Position numbers and translations under genes: made by a program. From NCBI RefSeq assembly GCF_902652985.1, contig NC_047016.1:21824001-21888000 (forward strand): a DNA stretch of 64,000 bases, written 5' to 3'. This document shows, in pieces, positions 1 through 15,018 of this stretch; within the stretch, counting starts at the first letter, position 1; each line of letters starts with the position of its first letter. The notes beneath the pieces were generated by a model. It saw nothing but the letters and a program-made list of their open reading frames with translations. It was not told the origin of the DNA and searched no databases. This stretch comes from Pecten maximus. Its lineage: Eukaryota.

Positions 1-474
1 CATTCCACTCCGTCATAAGGGACGGAAAGAAGATATTTTGATATAAATGGGTTTTTACAGCTGGAACATTAAACAATCTACTTTCACGGAAATTGAAGTT
101 GTCTCCTGTATTAATAAAACGTTGTATCAGTTCGTGAATATGAGAGGGTCAATTCTTATTATAGAGATTATTGTTGATAACTTGGTTATTAAAATACAGA
201 TTAGGTTGCAATGTCTGGGAGTCAATTCGTCTAGAAAAAAAAAGAGATACAGTTTTATCAGGATTGAAAATTATACCCATATCTCAGCCCATAAAGAACT
301 TTTCCTCAAATCATCATTTAAAATGGCAGCAGATTCATGTCGATTGTCTTCAATAAGAGTGTTTAAAGAAGCATCGTCAGCAAACAATTAAACATTTGAG
401 TTTATATCGTCACCAATGTCATTGATATACAACAGACATAGATATGGTCCTAGGACATAGCCTTGGGGTACCCC
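1..474 (-). pseudogene. Degenerate non-LTR retrotransposon (CR1/L2-like) reverse transcriptase fragment
   Basis: Minus-strand translation from 474 reads GVPQGYVLGPYLCLLYINDIGDDINSNV*LFADDASL, matching the GVPQGSVLGP...LFADD RT motifs, with an in-frame stop. It runs off the window start. Confidence 0.85.
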
Positions 475-1097
475 TAACCATCTATGACCTCTCTCTGCTA
501 CAGGTGCTTACATCGAAAAAGTCAATTTAAAAATGATATGGCAGTGGTAGCGTGTATTAATCTTTTGTTAAAAAATCAAACAAGAAAAATATCAGTTTAA
601 TCCCATTTTAAGACATGTAAAAATTGCAAGGGGAAATGTTATGCTTTGGGGTCAGCCTTCAATACTTATCATGTCCCCATAGGGGTGGTGGAGGGAGTCC
701 TCACTTGCATCACAATATTTAACACAATACGTGGATCTTTTCAGTTAATAATACACATTTTGTAAGTTATCATTCTCACACGATGGTGCATTGGCGGAAT
801 CACCGGCTGTTCCATCAAATTCGCATACTTTCGTATATCGTTATTAAAAGTTAAAAGTTAAAAATGACTTTGGTCTTTATGTTGTTGTTGTTTTGTTTTT
901 TTTGCAAATCACGCTAATGTAAGTATATAAATTGAATGGATATTTTTTTCATTTTCATGGCTGCTATGAATAGCAGTAGCTATCTGCATATCTTCGAGGT
1001 GCGCAACGTTATATAAGATATTTACTGCTATTCATTGCCGCAGTGAAAATTAAAAAAAAAATCCTTTCAAGATCAATTTGAACACTCTGCACAGCCA

Positions 1098-1191
1098 AAT
1101 TTAGACGATCTAACAATTTAGACGATCTAACAAATTTAGACGATCTAACAATTTAGACGATCTAACAATTTAGACGATCTAACAAATTTAG
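1098..1191. repeat. 17/18-bp tandem repeat (atttagacgatctaaca[a]), ~5 copies
   Basis: Directly visible tandem copies. Confidence 0.9.
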
Positions 1192-3067
1192 TTCGTTTCC
1201 AATATAACGCCGCTAGGGTTATGCATGGTTTAGAACGCCGTACTAGATACGATGTTTCATAAAATCTGTCACGAATACAGGTTGCATTATTACATCTATC
1301 TTAGGACAGTAAAGGCATGAATCAGTATCAAATAGTGCTGTGATGTAATGGTCTCATATTTCTGTCTTTAATTATAAGAAATTGTGTGTAGCAGAAATAA
1401 ATATGCACAGTGTATTTTTTGAGAGAAAAAAAGTGTATACCCATATACAGAGAGTGTACATACACCGTGAGCAACAATATACACAGACACACATGTATAT
1501 ACATGTACATATATGTAAACATAAATGGCACAACAAGGCAATTCCGGTTGAATATCGCTAACGTTTTCAAGCCGTGTATCGGCTATCTTCAGGCGTGCAT
1601 GCATGCATACATATTTTGCTCACATAATCACACAAAAATGCAAATACTAACACAACAGGAACACACACAAAGCACAAAGAACGACACATGTATACTGTTG
1701 ATTTTTTTTCATGGTATTGTTAAAAAAGAAACAATACATATAAAGATAAATGAATGTATAAGAAAAAATAATCGAATGCATAAGAAAACGTTTGGTCCCT
1801 TCTTGTCTTAACTGCATAGGATATCAAACGTACAACTTTTAATACTAGCACAATGTTACGAATATAATATTTGTTTTGAAATGTTAACTGTGTGGAGCAG
1901 TTAAGTACAGTTAAAATAAAGAGTAAAATACTATAAATATTACACTTGCGCCATTCACCGAGGGAAATTTGAGGAGTGGCATTATATCATAGTTTCACTA
2001 TGCATTTACAATACACATTATAAGAAAATTAGGATGATATTCACTGGTGTCATCTAGTACCTCGATCACTCATAGAGTATTTGATTTGATATCTTTGGGT
2101 TTTTTTATATTTGACTTAGCTTGGATTTTTTTTTCTGTCTTGACATGTAATATATAAAAAATAGTATGTATCATATTGGTATTAGCAGGAATATATCTTT
2201 AATTCGGATGTTTCACCAAAAAATGATACCTTTAATTTTAAAAGAGAAAATTATTGTATTCGGTATATTCTATGTTGTCTTTTCCTGATACTCATTAAGG
2301 TACTTTTATTTCACCGAGGACTTTATCATGACAGATTTGGCATTTACATTTTGATTAATGTCTTACATTTTGAAACATGTCTAATATCAACTATAGCGTA
2401 ATTAAAGCAGGAAATATCAATGAAGAATGTTTGCCAAATATTCCTATTTTTTCCTTTTGAAATCAAAGTCATTCTGCATAAAATATCATAGTTATGCTTA
2501 AATCAAACAATTGATATTGTACACAACCTGACGTTCAAGACACTTTTCATCATCTGTAAATGATTTGGTACTGATCCGCTTTTTTATTGTTTGAACGTTT
2601 TCTATTAAATGACAAATCACTATCATTACATCTACTTATATAATTTTCTGTTAACACTGACTTGCATAATTTTTGGTATCTACCGACTGGCTGCATTTTG
2701 ATCTTTTATATTATCGAAATCGCCAAAGAATACTTTTCATAGCAAAAAGACGCTACCATAGCGCTGATCAGTGATACAAAACCCAGCAGTAGGTAGAGGC
2801 ATGTATATATGGAAGAAGTTGTCAAATAGGTTACCATCAGCATCTGGTCGTGTTAAGAAATTGTTGACTACATATTCCCCACTAATGAACATTTATAAAA
2901 CATTCTTTTTGTCCTGTAAAAGTGATTAAAAATTACCTTTCATCCTTTCACAACAAGCATATCGTTATTTTAGTATTGTGTGAATTTTAACAAAGCGTTA
3001 TCGAGATAACTTCAAACATCTCACGTGGCGCCCCTATAAACTAACCTGTTTGTTTGTGTGGACTTAC

Positions 3068-3248
3068 CAATCACTAGGAGCAGACCGGAACTAAGGGAAG
3101 CTACCCAGCTGGTTTCTGCAGCACCAGATCCGAATTGATCCCGTAATTCGCTGTACATAACACAGAACGAAGTAACCATCCCTAAACTTACAATGTGAAG
3201 ACCGAAGCTGCTGACAAGAATAGATACTCTTGTCCATTGCCTTGCCAT
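3068..3248 (-). CDS. Exon 1 of a second SLC16/monocarboxylate transporter paralogue (remaining exons not found in window)
   Basis: MARQWTRVSILVSSFGLHIVSLGMVTSFCVMYSELRDQFGSGAAETSWVASLSSGLLLVIG, then donor gtaagt. Near-identical to exon 1 at 13695-13893, and the flanking promoter and intron DNA are homologous. Confidence 0.8.
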
Positions 3249-5525
3249 CTTTTGTGTAGTTGTTGGAGAAATATCGAGTTACCTGTATGTGGTATATATA
3301 TACAGTATATATACAGTATATACTAACACAAGTCCCAGCGTCAGGTCATCCGTCACGGCGCACACACGTTTTGTAATATACATGTAAGCTTCCTTAAACG
3401 AATCAACTGCGTTTTCAATAACTTCACGGTGAGACATTCAGCGGCCGTGCTACATTGGCAATGCTCTATTTATTTCAGCTAGAAGACCTCTGTTCGACAT
3501 AAATACCATCACTCCTGTGCATGATTATGGCATGTGTCTATGAATATCGAGTAAAGGAAAACCTATGTAACCTATATACATCATTTAATTTAGCCATATG
3601 CAAGTCATGTAATAATTTAGTTTGTTTGTGAAAGTTAAGATGGGTATACATCGTTAAGTTACGTGATAAATATAATAAAAATTAAAATAAAATATAAAAC
3701 AATAAAATGAAAGGTCACCAAGGAAACGAAGATATTAAAGTGATATGAAAAAATTATTTGATTCCATAACTTAACAACGGATGTGACATGTATCAACTTC
3801 GCAACAATGTGTTATTATTTTATTTACACACCGTAGTGTTAAACTGCCCGAGGCAAAGCTATCAAATTGACGTACTAACATCACCATTGATTCTCAATGT
3901 GCAGTGAACCATGATGGTCATGAATCATTAAAATACACCTCGATTGTTTCATAAAAACAAGGCCCTAACCGTAGTCATCTGAATGAAAAGCTACGTTAAG
4001 GGTCATCGATATAGGAGATGTCATTAAATTTTAAACGGATATATATATTCAAATTTGCACAAATCTAGTCATGTAATATACAAAAACGTTTGTTTGGACA
4101 GTTAGTTTCTTGAACTAGCACTTGTATTGTCCCTCTTGACATAATTCACATGCATTTCCCTCGGCTTCGGCTCGGGAAATCTCATCTCTCGGGGGACAAT
4201 AAAAGTGTTATTTCCCTCACACCCATACAACAACATAAGAGCATTTGTTTGGTCGGATTTTACTTTATGTACGTATACAGACTTACATTATCATGACCTT
4301 GAAATGCAATCGAGGACTATGAATATTACACAATTATCGTATAAAAGGGAGGCATTTCAAACATATTTTATTACGTGTACATTTATGATTAATCCTCAGT
4401 ACCAGGAAATCTTCGATCAATGAATTTAAAGCACTGTGTTATTGGATTATTAAAACGTTCATGTATACAATTCATAAACGTATCAGTATATGGTTCATTG
4501 TATATAAATGTTCTGTCAGCCTCGATTCTCCAAGAGTTTTGATCACATACGCTCTTACATGCTCTCATTACCCCTGGAATATGTCATGGCAAATCGGACG
4601 CTCCTTCAAGAGAAATCAAAGTACTGTAACTACTTAAAGAGGCGTTAATAAGGTATTTGAAATTTGAAAACAATGCCGTTTAATAGGTGTTCTTACGCGT
4701 CTTACGTTCGCGGAAAATCGTTGCGATTGGAAACTTTGGTCAAAATGTTTCAGAAAATATGTATTGGTTGGATTGTTCAAGCACAAATGAAATGAGGATA
4801 TGTCTAGATTATGTTATAGAATATGCTCGAAATTATTATCATTCTAACTAGTATTTTAGAGTCTTATATCCTTTTATACTTTTTGAAAGTGTGGCCGCAA
4901 TACAAGCCACAGTCATAAGAATGGGCAATGTGCCTAAATCAGTTAAGAGCTATTTGATGCCACTAGAAAAAAAGGAGAAATATACGCCAAACATGTGTTA
5001 GTAGACACGATATTATTTCTTTTCGAGACTCGAATGGGCAGCGTTCTACATGTACGTACGAGCGTTATTCATGTGAAATGTATGACCAGCCTAATTGTTA
5101 CGCTTTTATTTTGTTTTGATTCCAGTTTATATGACATATATTTGCGAGCACGTTTAAGTTTCGTATGGAAACGTCTCATTGTCATTTATTTTAAATCAAC
5201 GATTTGCACTGAGCAAAATATAAATGCCCTTCAGACGTTTGACAATTTACATTGGCACAGCGTCGCCTTCTTTATTCTTCCTGTTCTTGCTGTGAAGGTG
5301 GTGTGAGGTTCTTGTTTTGAGAACATATTCTGTACTTCTGTTTTCAATGTTACGATAATAAAAACAGTGTTCACGTGTTCGGGAACAGCCATGAACACTG
5401 TACTTGTTGTTGCCTAAAAAAATCATGCGTATCAACAGAAAACGATGGCATGCTGATATGTATATATATAAAAAACAAATGAATAAAATTATCCAATATA
5501 AAATCTCTAGATTCTTCTTTATGTA

Positions 5526-8500
5526 TCATAATTTGGTATCACATTCATAGCTAATGTTCGTATGACATCGATCGCCAGGGACATTATCCTGGTACGATGA
5601 TGCTTTGATCTCTGTTTGCCCGTCGCTTTTCGATCCACTGAAGTCAGTTTGTGTTTTTATTGCACATGCAAAGAAGGAACCCACGCAAAATAAACATCCG
5701 GCGTAGACAAAAGATACGGTGTTGTCGTGTGTTATGTCAGATATCCAACCTGGAAACAAACGTACTTGATCATCAATTGTCCTGTTTTAATGCACTGTAG
5801 TGTGTCAAAAGAATTGTACCGGGTGTATGTATTGGATGTACTATAGTAATTGCTATTTAAGTATGTTTTGTATGTTTCAATTTGACAGCAAGCAGTTATA
5901 AAATTATTGCACTTTTCGTTCTTCAAAACTTAAAATTAAAGTCAATAAAATTGTATGTCTATTAACAACAACTACTGAGATGTCATCGTCGTTCCAGCTC
6001 ACCTGCTATAGGCGGACCTATGATGACAGCTATTCCATGAAAAAGGGTAAGAAATCCAAATCCTATTCCCAACAATTTCGTTCCCAGGAGATCGACAACG
6101 ATGACGGACTGGAGAAAGCCGAACGTCCCTGTGTTGGAAAACAACATTGGAGTTCTATGAAGAAACAAAACCTTTTAAAATTTTAAACAAAAAGCAAAAA
6201 GATATTATCACTTTTTTTACAACAAACAGGGTTAGATGCAGTAGAGGACTGGTCAGTGATGTTTAGGGTGTAAGTGAGTATAGAAGGCGACTACATCTGA
6301 ACAAGATCAAAAGATATATCACAATTTTGATACGGAAGTGCAAATTCACATTTAGATTTGCTGGCTGATACAATCATTGCTTAGACATTAGCTGGTGAGA
6401 ATGATATTTACAGTTTATTGGGGATATCTATTTAACAACGTATTATTCATATACCTTTCCGTTGTTTTAAGAGCCTATGTTTTTGTGTTTCATAGTCAGA
6501 CATAGCCGAATTCTTCCTTTACATAATGACATAGGTTGATGCTACTGCGATACCTTATATGAATTGTATTGTATCCTGATACATTTTCTTGATATCAACA
6601 ATGGTTTCCTCGTTCATCTCCGTAAATAACGCTATACGAACCATCCAACTTGCGTTAAAATGAAAATGGATATCGAAGTTTGTGCAAACAAAAACACGGG
6701 TATGAGATATATTCTCGCTGTTCCTATTGTTTTTCTATCTTGTCGGAGAATTTGATTTCAGACCGTTGTAACCAATCAGGTTTTACAATAGAGCTAACTA
6801 ATGGGTTTGAATATTCGCTTTCTAGAGACATGACACTGCTGCATAGCCGTCTGGCGACGCCATTCGTGGTGTCTGATTTAGAGTAATGCTTGAGCTACAC
6901 CGATGCCCGTTATTAACGTCGGAAAACCCATACCCTTCATTCTCATACTTTATGTTAAAGCTGACAACGCAAGTTAAAAAGCTTTTGTTTTGAAATTTAA
7001 AAAAAATGAAATGGTTTGGAGATGTTCCCTGTTATAAATATATATATTCCGGCTACCGTTTCCAAGGAAGTGGCAGACATTTTATTTGAAGTCTGCTTGG
7101 ATACGAGACTAGGGACCAATGCCTATGAAAGCGCTATACCCGTCAAACCGGTATTTTCATGATATTTATATACACTGAAAAGATAAAGAAATGCAACTTC
7201 TCTAATTGTAAAACAGTTTGTGATGAATACATAGCCGTTTAAAAAGTAAGATATTAATACCCCATTGAATATTCAAAATTCCGCGACAAAAAACCTCATC
7301 CACTTCCGGTGGCCTAAATCACCAACATACCGTGACTGTACACATGCATGCATTATTTTCCATTCAAACTAGTGTCAATATCTGTCAGGACGCGTGATCG
7401 CCATACATTTCAAATTGAACTTTATTGTTTTACAAATATGCCACGGCTATCCCAAGTCGATAGAGGAAGGTCTCTCACAATGATCATGGGTGTTAGTACC
7501 CAACAACAGGTCGCTTCTTACTTACCTCGGAGTGCACAAATGGGTTATAAATCGGTTTTTAGACGTCTCATCACTACTGGAGGAGTTGATTCTAAAAAAG
7601 GCGTCTTGGAGCGCGACATATTTGAGGGAAGATCGGTTATGGGTTTGGGGGAGAAAGTTCCCGTGGATTAAAGATACCTTTAGTGATTATTAAAGGGAAT
7701 TCGGCGGCTTTACGCTATCGAGATGAGAGATGTCATCCGTTAGGAGACACCATTTGACTTTTCAGCAAAAAAAAAGCTAGACAACACGTTGCTAGACTTT
7801 ATAGCGACTTCCTTGCAACCCAGAACATAATCCCTATTGAATGGCCTCCACATAGCCACGATTATCCCTCACACTTGTGGGATGAATTAGACAAAAGATT
7901 TCGGAATCGGCAAAACACCCAGTTAACCTCCCCCAATCGGCAAACACACTTACCGAGGAATGGAATAACATTCCTTTACGGACAGTCAATAGCCTTAAGA
8001 ACTTAATGGCCCTCAAAACTAGAAACGTGTTAAATGTTAGAAACAAACGCGATATTAGGGATCGGTCTGACAACACTTATTTCAACTTTGTATACATAAG
8101 TGTACCCTAGTTCATAGCGGCCTAATGAAGTCCTTATTTGTAAAAATAAATGAAGGTAGGTGCTCTTATATTCGATCTTAACTAATGCATTTTACAGAAC
8201 TTAACTATTGCATTTTATATTATGTCTATTAAACAATGAAGTTGTAGTTACGTTTCTTTATCCTTTCAGCATATTTTCAATACATATTACGTCAATTTTC
8301 AATTTTTTTCAACATTTTGACTTTTAATGTTATTATTTCACTACTCACCCGTGAAAACTCCAAGAATAACACCATACCCAATAAAAAGCCATTTGTCATA
8401 TACAAATGCACAGCCTATCGTAGAGATTCCACCAATAAACAGAGCGATAGACAGAGTCCATATTCGGCTGATGTGTAAAATGTCAACGATGAACCCGATC

Positions 8501-11500
8501 AGAATTCTACCTAAAATACCTGCAAAGGTTAAAACAAGTTTTAATTCAAAGACGGCTAGGTCTAAATAGCCACATCATTGTTTTACAAGGCTAAATAAAG
8601 GGAGGTCATTCCTACTCTAACTGTTGACATAGTAGACAACGTTCGCTTTATTTATTAGAATGAAAAGCTTTTCGAGAAATTCCGCCTCTCAAGAAACAAG
8701 TAAATACCAGCAAGTAACTATTCAGATAGATATACTAGATAGTAGATAAATTGTCTAATAAAAGGTTTGATGTGATGACAGCGCTTTTGTTGCAAATGCG
8801 TTGTGTAATTTGGTTCATTTTCCCCACAAATTCGTCCACAATTTGGGGCAGCTGGAAGCAATGACACTATCGTTGCTATTTACCCTACCAAAGATAAAAT
8901 TTAATATTTCAATAGCATTATAAGATATATGACTGTTGTTTAACGAACAATATAGCGGAAAACTGATGATGTTTACCTTCGACAGAATATGTTGCACTCA
9001 CTTGATACTCCGGATACAGTAAATATAAGGGCCACATCAGTGGATGATAAACCTCTATTCTTTGCCAACTCAGGAATCATTACATGTGGTACAAAGTAAG
9101 CCAAAGCTGTGCAAAAACCCGATACGGCAAATATAAGGAAAGCCTTCGTTTTAAGTACTTTAGTCACTGCTGCTCGGAGTGGTGTATGATCTATGGTATC
9201 AACATTCTGGTGATTTCCACGTGGTTCTGCGATATGAATAATTACATGAATAATACTATAGTTGCTTTTCTCATTAGTTATGCAAGACATGTGCTTTGTT
9301 AACTTTGGACATCTCAAATACAGAAATGGATGAGTGTTGCAGATTAGAAACTATAAGTCTATCGAAAATACTATTGCAATAGTTAATGAACACCTAGAAT
9401 CATAACATATTCATAATAGTGCAAAGAAAGGCAACACCGGTTGTACCTATATTCCTAAGCAAAACATTGAACATCTACATCTAACCATTAGCAAAGACAT
9501 TGCCAATCAGCTGTTAGTACCATGCATTTGATGTTTTTGAAATAGATATTAAGTTAAATTAGACAGTCAGACTTTGGAAATAGTTCGTTAGAAATACTAA
9601 CCACCACTTGTTTGGACGTTGCCAATAATGGCTCCACAGACGAGTCCTTGTATGCCTATACCGGCCAGCAGGAGGAAGGTCTGTCGCCAGCCATACTCCT
9701 CAAGCCACACGGTAGTGAGCCAGGGTATTGCAATATTTCCACACCCAGATCCGGACGAGCCTATCGCTATCGCCACAGAACGACGTTTATCAAATGTTAG
9801 ATTCACCGTCACGGTTGCCACCAGATGAGCCATACCAAAGCCAACACCTTTTTCAGCAAAAACATAATGAAATCGATTTTAAAACTATTGCTTAAAGTTT
9901 AGTGGTCTTTTGTATACCAACAGGAGACTGTGACAAAATCTAACAATAGGTAGAATCGCAGTGGTGAAAGAATGGTGCGAAAGACTAAAAAACAAATATA
10001 AGCACTTTGTAAGTACAATTGTTGATTGGTTGAAAAATTGGTTGAAAAATTGGTTCGAAATTCATAAATAGTATTTTACTAATGTATAGGCCACTGTCAA
10101 GGTCAGCACGTTCACAAATGTAATAACACTAGAAAGATATTACGACCAGGAACACACGTATCAAACATGAAAGTCTTATCTTATATGATAAATATATTAT
10201 AAATATACTATAAATATACTATAAATATACTATAAATCCTGGCGCACTCAAATTTTAGCGCAAAATCAAATAAAAACAGATCAGCGGATTGATGGATTAG
10301 CGTACCAACAATGATTGCCATAGAAACCAATGTAGATACACTACGGTTAGCGTACCAACAATGATTGTCATTAAAACCAATGTAGATACACTACGGTTAG
10401 CGTACCAACAATTATTGCAATATAAACCAATGTAGATACACTACGGTTAGCGTACCAACAATGATTGCAATATAAACCAATGTAGATACACTACGGTTAG
10501 CGTACCAACAATGATTGCAATATAAACCAATGTAGATACACTACGGTTAGCGTACCAACAATGATTGCCATAGAAACCAATGTAGATACATTACGGTTAG
10601 CGTACCAACAATGATTGCCATAGAAACCAATGTAGATACACTACGGTTAGCGTACCAACAATGATTGCAATATAAACCAATGTAGATACACTACGGTTAG
10701 CATACCAACAATGACTGCCATAGAAACCAATGTAGATACACTACGGTTAGCGTACCAACAATGATTGCAATATAAACCACTGTAGATCAACCACAATTGG
10801 CGCAATTATATTTTAGCGGAATGCTTCCAGTGCGAAAAACGCTAAAATATGTACGTTTACCGTACTGTGGCCAAGATTAAAGTAGGTCAAAGGTCACAGT
10901 AAATGTCAGCAAGTTCGCAAGGAACACAAGGAACAGACATGTGAATTAACTAAGCTTTATACTCATTTTAAATATTGACACAACACTGTTTTCTAAAATA
11001 TTATATAGCATTACTTACCTGTAATGACGCCATAGGTGAGGAACAACCAATATAGGGAGGGGGCAAATGTGCTCGCGACCATACCCACACCTATCAGGGT
11101 CGATCCTGTCATAGCTACCACACGACAACCAAACCGCTTCTCTAGTATACCGGCTGCAGGACCTGACAAGACAATTCAAGCAGTTAAACGCCTTCGGATC
11201 TGTTGTTTCTATATAGATAATACACTTTAATTTTGATAAATCTGTGAACAATGATAATTGTTGCACTTAAAAAAGTAGAATATATATAAAAATATAATAA
11301 AATAAAAAGTCAAACACAGATCTGCTGTCTCCCTAGTACTTTCGCGGCTACATTGTGCCGCTCTTCAGGGGATTATGAATTTTATTCGGTACATCATTTT
11401 ATGACGTCATAGTTTGATGACGTCATAATAGTAGGGTACATAATTTATAAAACACTTATTTGTCCAGTTTACAAGGGTTGAGACCAACTATATGATACGG

Positions 11501-13893
11501 TTTAAACAAACCAATCCATTAAAAACTTGATTGGAGCAATGACATCGTATAGATATGTACAACAAATCTATAGATCCGTTCTCCGTACTCAAATTAAAAC
11601 CGGTCATGGTATACAAAGATTTTGCCGTATAGTACATGTAAAATAGATGCGGTAACTTGAAATAATGAAAACTTTCAATAGGTAATTGTGTTAGTAAACA
11701 CTTTCAAACATAAGTTTCATATTTGTACATAAAAACAGTACATACAAAATGTGCAAGATAATATACATGTATACATGTACATGTACATTCGGTAAGTTAC
11801 TGAGAAATCTTTTGTATACATAATTTATTTTATAAGTCATGATTAAATATACATAGTATATTGATATATTGAAGACGTGGAATTTATGGAAAACCATCGA
11901 AATATATGTATTAAACATTCGATATGATAATGAACTCATGAATCATAAAACAATATTGGAAACATATAAATCAATAGTATGGTATAGACTATACCTGTAC
12001 TAATCTCTACTAATGTACTATGTCGTGTTAAGTGTTTAAACGCTAAGTCTGCAGATGTTACCGATGATGGTCGTTTCCAGGAAATATTCAGACAAATGGA
12101 TAAAGGTATTTAAAGTATATCAGATGTTACCTTAAGTGGTCTGTCGACCATTATATGACAGATGATGCGTTGCAGATATTTCCGAGAAAAAATCAGCCAG
12201 TTAGTTTGTTTTGTCATGTTTTTACATTCCTGGACTAGTTTTCGCGTGGTATTGGGGATATATTCTATATCTTATCTGCTCCTAATACTCATTAAACATA
12301 ATGTACATTAATTTTTAACTTTAACATGACATACTCGGCATTTTCATTGATGACTCGTGCTTTGTTTATTACATGTTGAATATCAACTATTGGTAGCTAA
12401 ACATTTTTTTAGAAACAACCATTATTTTCCATTATTTGACAACGAGTAAATAGATTATTTGATATGTATAACCCATTCCATAGAATGCATGTATTAAATT
12501 CGTTCTCTATCTGAAATGAAAAGTGGGAAAATATATTTAAAAATCGAATGCTATAGGTTTAAATCAAATGATAAATATCATGCTATCAGCCCATTTCTTT
12601 CAGGATAAAATATAAAACATTTGATAAAATCAGTCAAACCAACAGGCCAAAGCGTGAAGATCAACATAGAAAAATTCATGGCTGATTGATTAAAACCAGA
12701 TCTCGTACCAAAGACAGATCATAACAAATCCAAATGTGGTATGTAAACTCTGTTTAGTAAACAAAACGGCACAACGCATGGAATCCGTGTATTTGTTTGG
12801 AATAACTTCTCATCATTACCCATCAGCGACCAGGCTATCATTCAGGTTGACAAGGAAATGTCTACCTAATATACACATTTTTTCTTTTGAATTTAATTCA
12901 TTTCGTCATTAATTGCTCCATACTAAGCTAATTTCTTCATGCGAGCACTCGTTGGAAAATCAGACATTTCTTTTTATATTGGTATTTATACTATTTATAT
13001 ACCCTTACTGTAAAAGCGAAGACGCTGAGAAGACAATTGGTGATATATATAAAGTATGTGTTCCAACGGTTTTTTTTTCTGTTAAGTCACTTGAGTAAAA
13101 GAAATTCATATGTAAATACACAACCTGACATTCCAGACTTGTTTAATTCGTTGACCAATACATGCATGATTGATTGTATTAAATATTTTCTGTTGAAAAT
13201 GACAAGTGACCATTATAAGATTTACTGATGACTTCGACTTTTTTTCACTGACTGGTTGCATTTTGATCTAAGTTTGATCAAAATCACCAAAGAATATTGT
13301 ATAGCAAAAGAAAACTGATTTAGTCAGGGACACAAAACTCAGCAATAGGCGGAGTCATGTAGGCAGTAAACCAGTGACTACCTACATTTTGTATAACGCA
13401 GAAGTTGTCAAATGGATGACCATCAGCATCCGAGTATGTATATAAATTGATATAATGTTACTGTGGTTTCAATAAACCGACTAATCAAATTAGTTTTATT
13501 AATCTTTTTACTGTAAAAGTGATCATAACTGACCTTAGATCCTTTCGCTCTGACTGATAGCCAACATAATTTGATTAGGGTAAAACATGTCATGGCCGTG
13601 TACTATGAATTTGTGTTATTGAGAGAACTTCAAAATTCTCAGGTGGCACATCTATAAAATAATCGGAGACACCTTTTCGTTTGTGTATACTTACCAATCA
13701 CTAGGAGCAGACCGGAACTAAGGGAAGCTACCCAGCTAGTTTCTGCAGCACCAGATCCGAATTGATCCCGTAACTCGCTGTACATAACACCAAACGAAGT
13801 AACCATCCCCAAACTTACAAAGTGAAGACCGAAGCTACTGACGAGAATGGATACGTTTGTCCATTGGTACGAACAACAGGAACGTCTTGCCAT
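5526..13893 (-). CDS. SLC16 / monocarboxylate transporter (MFS) family gene, 7 coding exons, ~444 aa
   Basis: Exons with GT-AG, phase-consistent boundaries: 13893-13695, 11162-11019, 9847-9602, 9226-9002, 8519-8349, 6128-6003, 5749-5526 (1335 nt). Motifs: SFGVMYSELRDQFG..AETSW, GPAAGILEKRFGCRVV, YGVITGVGFG, FDKRRSVAIAIGSSGSG, YGWRQTF, GPPIAGWISD. Confidence 0.9.
7173..8271 (+). mobile_element. Degenerate Tc1/mariner DNA transposon in SLC16 intron 5
   Basis: Imperfect ~26-bp TIRs (cactgaaaagataaagaaatgcaact / agttacgtttctttatcctttcagca) flanked by TA. Broken transposase pieces: MPRLSQVDRGRSL (HTH start), GRSVM(V)WG, FQQ..ARQHVAR, EWPPHSHDYPSHLWDELDKR (WPxxSPDLNPIExxW-like). Confidence 0.8.
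10297..10787. repeat. 50-bp minisatellite, ~10 copies, SLC16 intron 2
   Basis: Unit ttagcgtaccaacaatgattgccatagaaaccaatgtagatacactacgg repeated at exactly 50-bp spacing. Confidence 0.95.
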
Positions 13894-15018
13894 CTTTTAT
13901 GTAGCTGTTGGAGAAAATATGGAGACAACTCTGTGGTACAATGTATATATATTGTATACTAACACAGGTTACACAGTAAGGTCATCTGTCACGGTGTACC
14001 AACCTTTTGTAATATACATGTAAGCTGTCCTCAACGAATCAACGGGGCTATCAGTAATTATACGAAGACCCCTGCAGCGCCCGTGTTACATTGGCAAAGC
14101 TGTATTTATTTGAGCGAGAATACCTCTGTTCGACATAAATACCTCCGCTCCTATGCATCTGACATGTGTTATGTATATCGCGTACAAGACATTCTTTACA
14201 TTTTTGCAGCTGGTTTTATCCAAGTACCAAAATCATTGATTTGTGTTTAAAAGTGAGGATATGTGTAAATAGTCATGTAATATGATCACTGTAATAAGAA
14301 TCCAAATAGAATACAAAACTTAAAATGAAAAGCAAAGGAAATGAAGATGCTGATTTAAATTAACGTGATATGACAAAATATTTTGACCCCATCACTGCGT
14401 TCGCTTCACAACGGATATGACATGTAATTAACTTCGTAACAGTGGTCGTCTCCCACATCCAACATTTCATATTGGCCAGTCTCTGACCTTTGACCACTGA
14501 CTACTTTTCCTTTTCTCATAGGTGTCGTTTGTCATTTAAAAAAAGCAATACTACCACGTTTCTGTTTCTGAATTTGCTATCGATTAACATTGGCGGTATT
14601 GAGTGAGACGGTTGTCGTCAAGAAGAGATAATAACAAGAGGCCCATGGGGTCTGTATCGCTCACCTGGTTGGATTAGACCAAATGTCAAAATAATGTTCA
14701 TGTTCAATTCGTTTTATTTGTCAATGTCAAACAATGCTATATATGGTTATTGTGTAGGGATCCCAACTGCTTTAAAGAAATGACGAACTCCAGACTCTCT
14801 AAGGGTCTGAAAGACCTCAAGAATTGATTTTAGAACATCCATTCATAACTTTATGACTAGCAGCGATTTAAAGGAATTACCTCTATTTCCCCTATGGGGC
14901 ACTGCTCCTTTGGCCCCTCGGGAGTCAGAGTCACCATTTATGCAAAATCTAATCCCCTTCCCTCAATGATAATTCTGACCAGATTGGGTATAAATCCATT
15001 CAAAACGTTATGACTAGT

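Noticed and set aside
4124-4232. Short hairpin-containing segment (ttccctcggcttcggctcgggaa), and similar repeat-like pieces at ~29000-29225 and ~35210-35410
   Set aside because: Probably fragments of dispersed repeats, but the ends, TSDs and family cannot be established from this window.
10297-10787. Possible CRISPR array (also considered for 51630-52260)
   Set aside because: Head-to-tail repeats with no unique spacers, no cas genes, and a eukaryotic intronic context.
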